A stretch of DNA of 64,000 nt, from contig NC_088853.1 of NCBI RefSeq assembly GCF_963853765.1, positions 53,258,001 through 53,322,000 on the forward strand, read 5' to 3'. A program made the translations under genes and the position numbers. Under the pieces are notes generated by a model, which had not been told where the DNA came from, ran no database searches, and was given only the letters and a program-made list of their open reading frames with translations. This DNA comes from Magallana gigas. Taxonomy: Eukaryota. Below are positions 59,153 through 64,000 of the stretch, in pieces (position 1 is the first letter of the stretch; each line of letters begins with the position of its first letter).

Positions 59153-62027
59153 ACGGGTAGAGGTGTACCTGTCTTAATTCCAAATGAAACAAAGAAAGTG
59201 CTTGAATATCTGAGTAACCCAGTTGCCAGACAAAGAGCAAACATAAGACCAGAGAATAACTACATGTTTGCCAATACTGGTGAGTGATAACTATAGTTTT
59301 ATTTTAATGAACAAAAATAGGAACAAACAATCCAAAGACATACGTCAATGTACAAATAACTGTCTACCTTGTCAGTGATCATGATTATTGGTTATACAGG
59401 TCGGACTGTTGTTCGAGCCGGGGATTCACTCCATCAAGTGAAATTCAGAAGTGAAGTTGGATTGAGATTTCCAGAGAGAATTTACGCTAATAACTTAAGA
59501 AAACACATTGCAACAATTGCCCAGGTTTTATTTCATTTTTTTTTTTCATTTGAAATGTTATTTATATCATCTCCACCTGATTCTGATAAAAGAAGCATTT
59601 TAAAATTCAATTATTTCAAAGAGTAATTTCTAATTTTTGTTTAGGCCCTGAATCTGAATGATACAGAAATGAAATGGATATTCAATCACCTCGGACACAC
59701 ACAAAAGGTTCATAATCTTGTGTATCGACAAACATCAGGGATGATTGAACGTCTAGACATAGCAAAGCTGATGTTTTATACAAGAATACAATGTTGTTGG
59801 AAAATTTCAAAACCGGAAGCTTTCTGAGATTCAGTTTATTCTATTCTATTATTCTTATTTTAAAACAATTTCATGTTTGTGTAGAAATACATTATTAAAG
59901 TGTATTATGTAAAGTGTTCATTCTTTGTAGAACTTGGAATACTTGCGATCAAGATCAAGAACAGCAAGGTAATTACATTGATCCAGTCAATCCTCATTAT
60001 CTCAAACTCGATGGGACCAAGTAAAACTCTCAAGATACTGGAGGGTGTAACATATTGAAGACAAATTACATACATATTGGGACTTTCAACTCGCTTTGAC
60101 ATATCTATGGTATTCAAGATGTAAAAATTTGATATAGCATGGTTCAATTGTATGTTAATCATTATATTATTCATAGCAACTGCTACTAGAGAAATCATAA
60201 AGAGTTCATATGGTATTTTTTTATTTGTAAATAAGTTGTCACACTAAAATAATGATTTTATGCTTGGATGACAAAATTAGTGAACTCATTATTTCTGACA
60301 TGTATATTGTATGTGAAAACACAAGTTGAGAAATTTTTATTTGATTTATGTTAGTGTGTTGAATCAGGTTCGTCAAGAAACATTTGACAATGAATACGTA
60401 TACCCTCTAATAAATGAAACCATACTCTAGTAGTAAAAGTCCACATTACTTGACAATGGGGAGTATATCAAGATAAAAGTCAGACTGCTCAGAAACTAAG
60501 TGCGTATGGTTTTCCGTAATATAAATTTGTATAAACCATTCAGTATTACAAAAATGAATGTAAAATTAAAAATTCCAACATCTAAAATATCATTGACAAT
60601 ATTAGATTTAAACCTAGTGTGATACCTTGCTGACCAAATTGAATACCCTATTGAGCAATACAACAAGCTATTGAAAACTCTACCGGTATTCTGTAATTCG
60701 GTGTAATTCTTTTTAAAAATCCAGATATGTAACAATTTTGTATGTTGTCATTATTTCATATAAAAAGTAACAATAAATACTGATGAGCAGAGGATTTTTT
60801 ATGAATTTAATTGCATGCAGATAATTCTTGGTTTACAGTATGTATTATTTTTAACATTGTTATTAATTTGTTTATTCATTAAACTAGTAATTTATATTGT
60901 TTTGCAGATATTGACAGTACTGCTGTTCAATCAAACAATGTTGATGATGGTATGTACAAGTTAATTCTGTAGGTTGTCTTATCAAAAAATGTTGATAACT
61001 TAAGACAGGAAACATTTTCATTGTGTATTCATGAACAGTAGCAGAGCACTTACTTAATATTTGCATTCAAAATTATAGCATTTGTAAGGTGCAAATAAAC
61101 ACCTTGACTTAAATTTCACATTCATTTGCTTAAATAGCTTGTTAAGATAGTATCTTACAGAATGTAAGAGTTAAACATAAGTATCTGGATTATCTGCCCA
61201 GCAATTAATTAAATCTCTTTGAATTTGTTAATGGGGTCTGCTCCAATGTTTTTTTTTTAAATTTATAGAATACCGGTAATTTTAATTCTTAAATTTGGTG
61301 ATGCATTTTTAAATTTATACCTAATGTTTTGATAAAAAAAAATTATACGTAATGTTAATCATTGGTTTTTTTGTTGTTAATTATTAAATACTTCATTCAG
61401 TGTACTAGAAATTTATAAAGATCATAATTTTCAAGAGTTAAGAGTGTGGGTGTTTGGATTGCTAAAAAGTTTTAATTCCCATAAAATTTTAATACTAGGG
61501 TTGTTGGGAAAGTTTGTGGACTTTTGTCATAACCTTTTTAGTTTGTCATAATCAAAATCCAAATTTGGTTGAAATCATATCTCTTTTTTCAGACATGGAC
61601 ATTGAAGAAGACTTTGTGTCTAGAAAAAAGGCGAAGAAATGTAAGTACCTGTATATGTTTTTTGCATTGAAATGGAATCATGGGTGTTAAAATGGTTAAA
61701 TACTCCTTTTGACAAGAAGAATGAGATTTTAAAAGCATAATTTAAGACATATGACCCCAGGAACAGATGTTCAGTACCCATAGGTAAAATGTAACTATAC
61801 TCTTTTTTTTGTAGCTGAAAGGGTCAGATGGTCACGGGATGAAGAAGATGAGATTAAAAAAATACTTCTCCCGTTATTTTGATGGGCATCTACAGAAGAA
61901 ATGCCCCTCAAGGGAGCATTGCCTTGATGCTCTTAAAAAAAGCAAAGAAAATGGTGGAGCAATTTTTAAAAGGAAATGGGAAACTTTAAAAAAAAAAGTG
62001 TCAAACATGTTGGTCAAACAAAACTAG
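59153..62027 (+). CDS. 3' part of a spliced Crypton-like tyrosine recombinase gene with C-terminal Myb/SANT-like domain (probably degenerate)
   Basis: Exons encode GRGVPVLIP, NNYMFANT, NNLRKHIATIAQ, HLGHTQKVHNLVYR and RWSRDEEDEIKKYF...CPSREHC. Confidence 0.7.
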
Positions 62028-63879
62028 ACTTACCCCCAAGTTGTCAAGATTCAAATATTAGATGGTTATGCAGTACTTTTATGCCCCTTGAACTTAGAGA
62101 AGATTTTTAAACATCTCAATTTCCAATCAATAATCAATAGAAATAAAAAATCTAAGATAGAATTTCATGTATGATCCATAATATGTTAAAGACTGATAAT
62201 AATAGCTTGAATTTTTGTCCATTTTGAGAAACTATTTCCTGATATATATTACATATCGGTTTCTCATGTATTTTCATGTCGTCTGCCCTCAGTGTAAGTG
62301 GTACATAAACATATTACTTAATCCAAAATCTACCTTCCTTCTGTCTGACAATTCTAGTAACATTGTCTGATTTTTTTTATTAAGAAATTCCAGTTTTAAT
62401 AGTGTTAACATTGTATAGTTTTATCTTAGTTATGCCCCTTGAACCTGGAAAAGGAAAGAAATCTTCTGTGCATAGAAATGTAAACTAAATGTGGCATTTG
62501 AAATTTTGGCTGCCTGCAGGGGTATTTCAGGCATTACAACTATCTAGTTTTTCCTTAGTTTTTGTAACTTAGTAATGGAACTTGACATTTGGTAATATTT
62601 TGGGTTATACTGTCATACAGGGGCTTGTATGCTAAAACAAAGACTGAAAAAAATTGAAAGATCATATTGAATTATATTTATTGTCTTGTTGCTTAGCTTG
62701 AAGTTTTAAGATGATTTAAAAAAAAAGCCTTTGGTTTTTGATTTCTTCTGATAATTGTTGTCCTTTTGTGGGTTATTTTGTTTGTTAGTGTGAGAGAGCA
62801 GTTTTCTGTAAATTTATTTTCTTGCAACAAATACTGTCAAATAAAGTTTACATTATTTCATATATGAAGCTTGTTTTCATTCAAAGATCGTTTTAACCAT
62901 GGAAAGCAAAAAAGAAACATGAACTTTTTGCACATGTTTAACTAGCAACTAAAAGTGATGACAAAAGAATGCAAAATATCTGTGAAATAGTATTCATCTA
63001 TCTTTTTGGAATGCCAGTGTTTGATAAAAAAGATTTACATATATACTTGCCTCTAATCAGACTTGAGAAAGAGTCAAGAAGACTTATTAAATGTCATAAA
63101 TTTGGAGGTGTTGAGATCTGTTAATTAGGAGTAAGTACACTATGGAGAATGAGAGGGCTTGTTTTGTCTATTTCCTAAGAATTCTAGCTTTTTTTCTATT
63201 AATAAGGGGTCAAAATAAAATTATTTTTGAAATGATGGTCATGTTTGACTTGTGTGCTAAGAGCCCAGGAATTCAACATACCGTAGTGAATTAAACACTA
63301 GATATAATTAAAGAAAATTAATTTAGCCTAGTAAAGTTATTTTTAATAAAGATATCTCAGAAATGTCCTATAAGGGAATTTATAAGGAAAATGACAAAAA
63401 ACAGATGAGTTTCAAAAATTTATTAGGAATTGTGTATTTGCATCAAAACCCAAATATATTAAAACACCTACCATTCAAGGCATCTTCCATTTGCTGATCC
63501 ATAAACAAACTGAAAGATAATTGACAAATCAAGCTCATAATGGTATTGTAGCATCTTTGAGTCATGATTTCCAAAAATATTTCGCTCCTGAAATATTTCC
63601 TAATTCGTGATTAATGTTTACATGACACATATGCTTCTATTTATTTTGTCATTATATAGTGTGTGGTCTTGAGTAAATTAACTGAATTTGAACTTAGTCT
63701 GTTTATACCAATTGACAGGCTGAAAATTTAATAGAATTATGAATTTGTTATTAATCTTGGGAACTGTTAATCTTATAATGCTTGCATGTTGATCCGTCCT
63801 TTAATTAAGAGGTAATTTACAAATAAAGCTCATAAACTATGAATGTAAGAACAATTTTGAATTGGAAACTATAATTAAG

Positions 63880-64000
63880 AGCTCTGAAACTCTTAAATCC
63901 TTCAACTCCTAATGTTTGTATGTTGGTCCGTCCGTCTGTCTGTCTGTCCGTCTGTAAACTTTTTACATTTTGAACTTCTTCTCTAAAACCACTTGACCAA
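63880..64000 (+). repeat. Start of another Helentron/HINE-type repeat, cut by the window end
   Basis: (GTCC/GTCT)n microsatellite followed by GTAAACTTTTTACATTTTGAACTTCTTCTC. Confidence 0.5.

Overview
AT-rich animal genomic DNA, most likely a bivalve mollusc such as an oyster (inferred from the Helentron-type repeats and an F-type lectin remnant). The window is almost entirely mobile DNA. The centrepiece is a ~17.8 kb endogenous Maverick/Polinton (adintovirus-like) element from 39667 to ~57500. It has an AGTAGT terminus with a hairpin, a protein-primed PolB, packaging ATPase, integrase-chromodomain, penton, major capsid protein and adenain protease; PolB, ATPase and MCP are disrupted, and no right TIR is visible. 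Its right end carries a compact, apparently intact host-manipulation module. One gene encodes a small protein ending in a histone H3 tail mimic with Met at the K9 position (SRQRQTARMST vs H3 ARTKQTARKST). This gene is preceded by two perfect heat-shock elements, a CRE and a CCAAT box, and followed by a canonical histone-mRNA stem-loop plus a U7-type downstream element. Next to it lies an ICP34.5/DP71L/GADD34-like PP1-recruiting ORF. A second, diverged Maverick fragment (3058-~5850) has the same histone 3' signal behind a Pro-rich RING gene. Also present: a Zator-like transposon split by a complete ISL2EU element, an intact-looking Tc1 element, Harbinger and IS630-like pseudogenes, a polB fragment of another Maverick lineage, a Crypton-like tyrosine recombinase gene, a fucolectin pseudogene and several MITE/Helentron repeats. 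Novelty statements are my inference; no database or literature search was possible.
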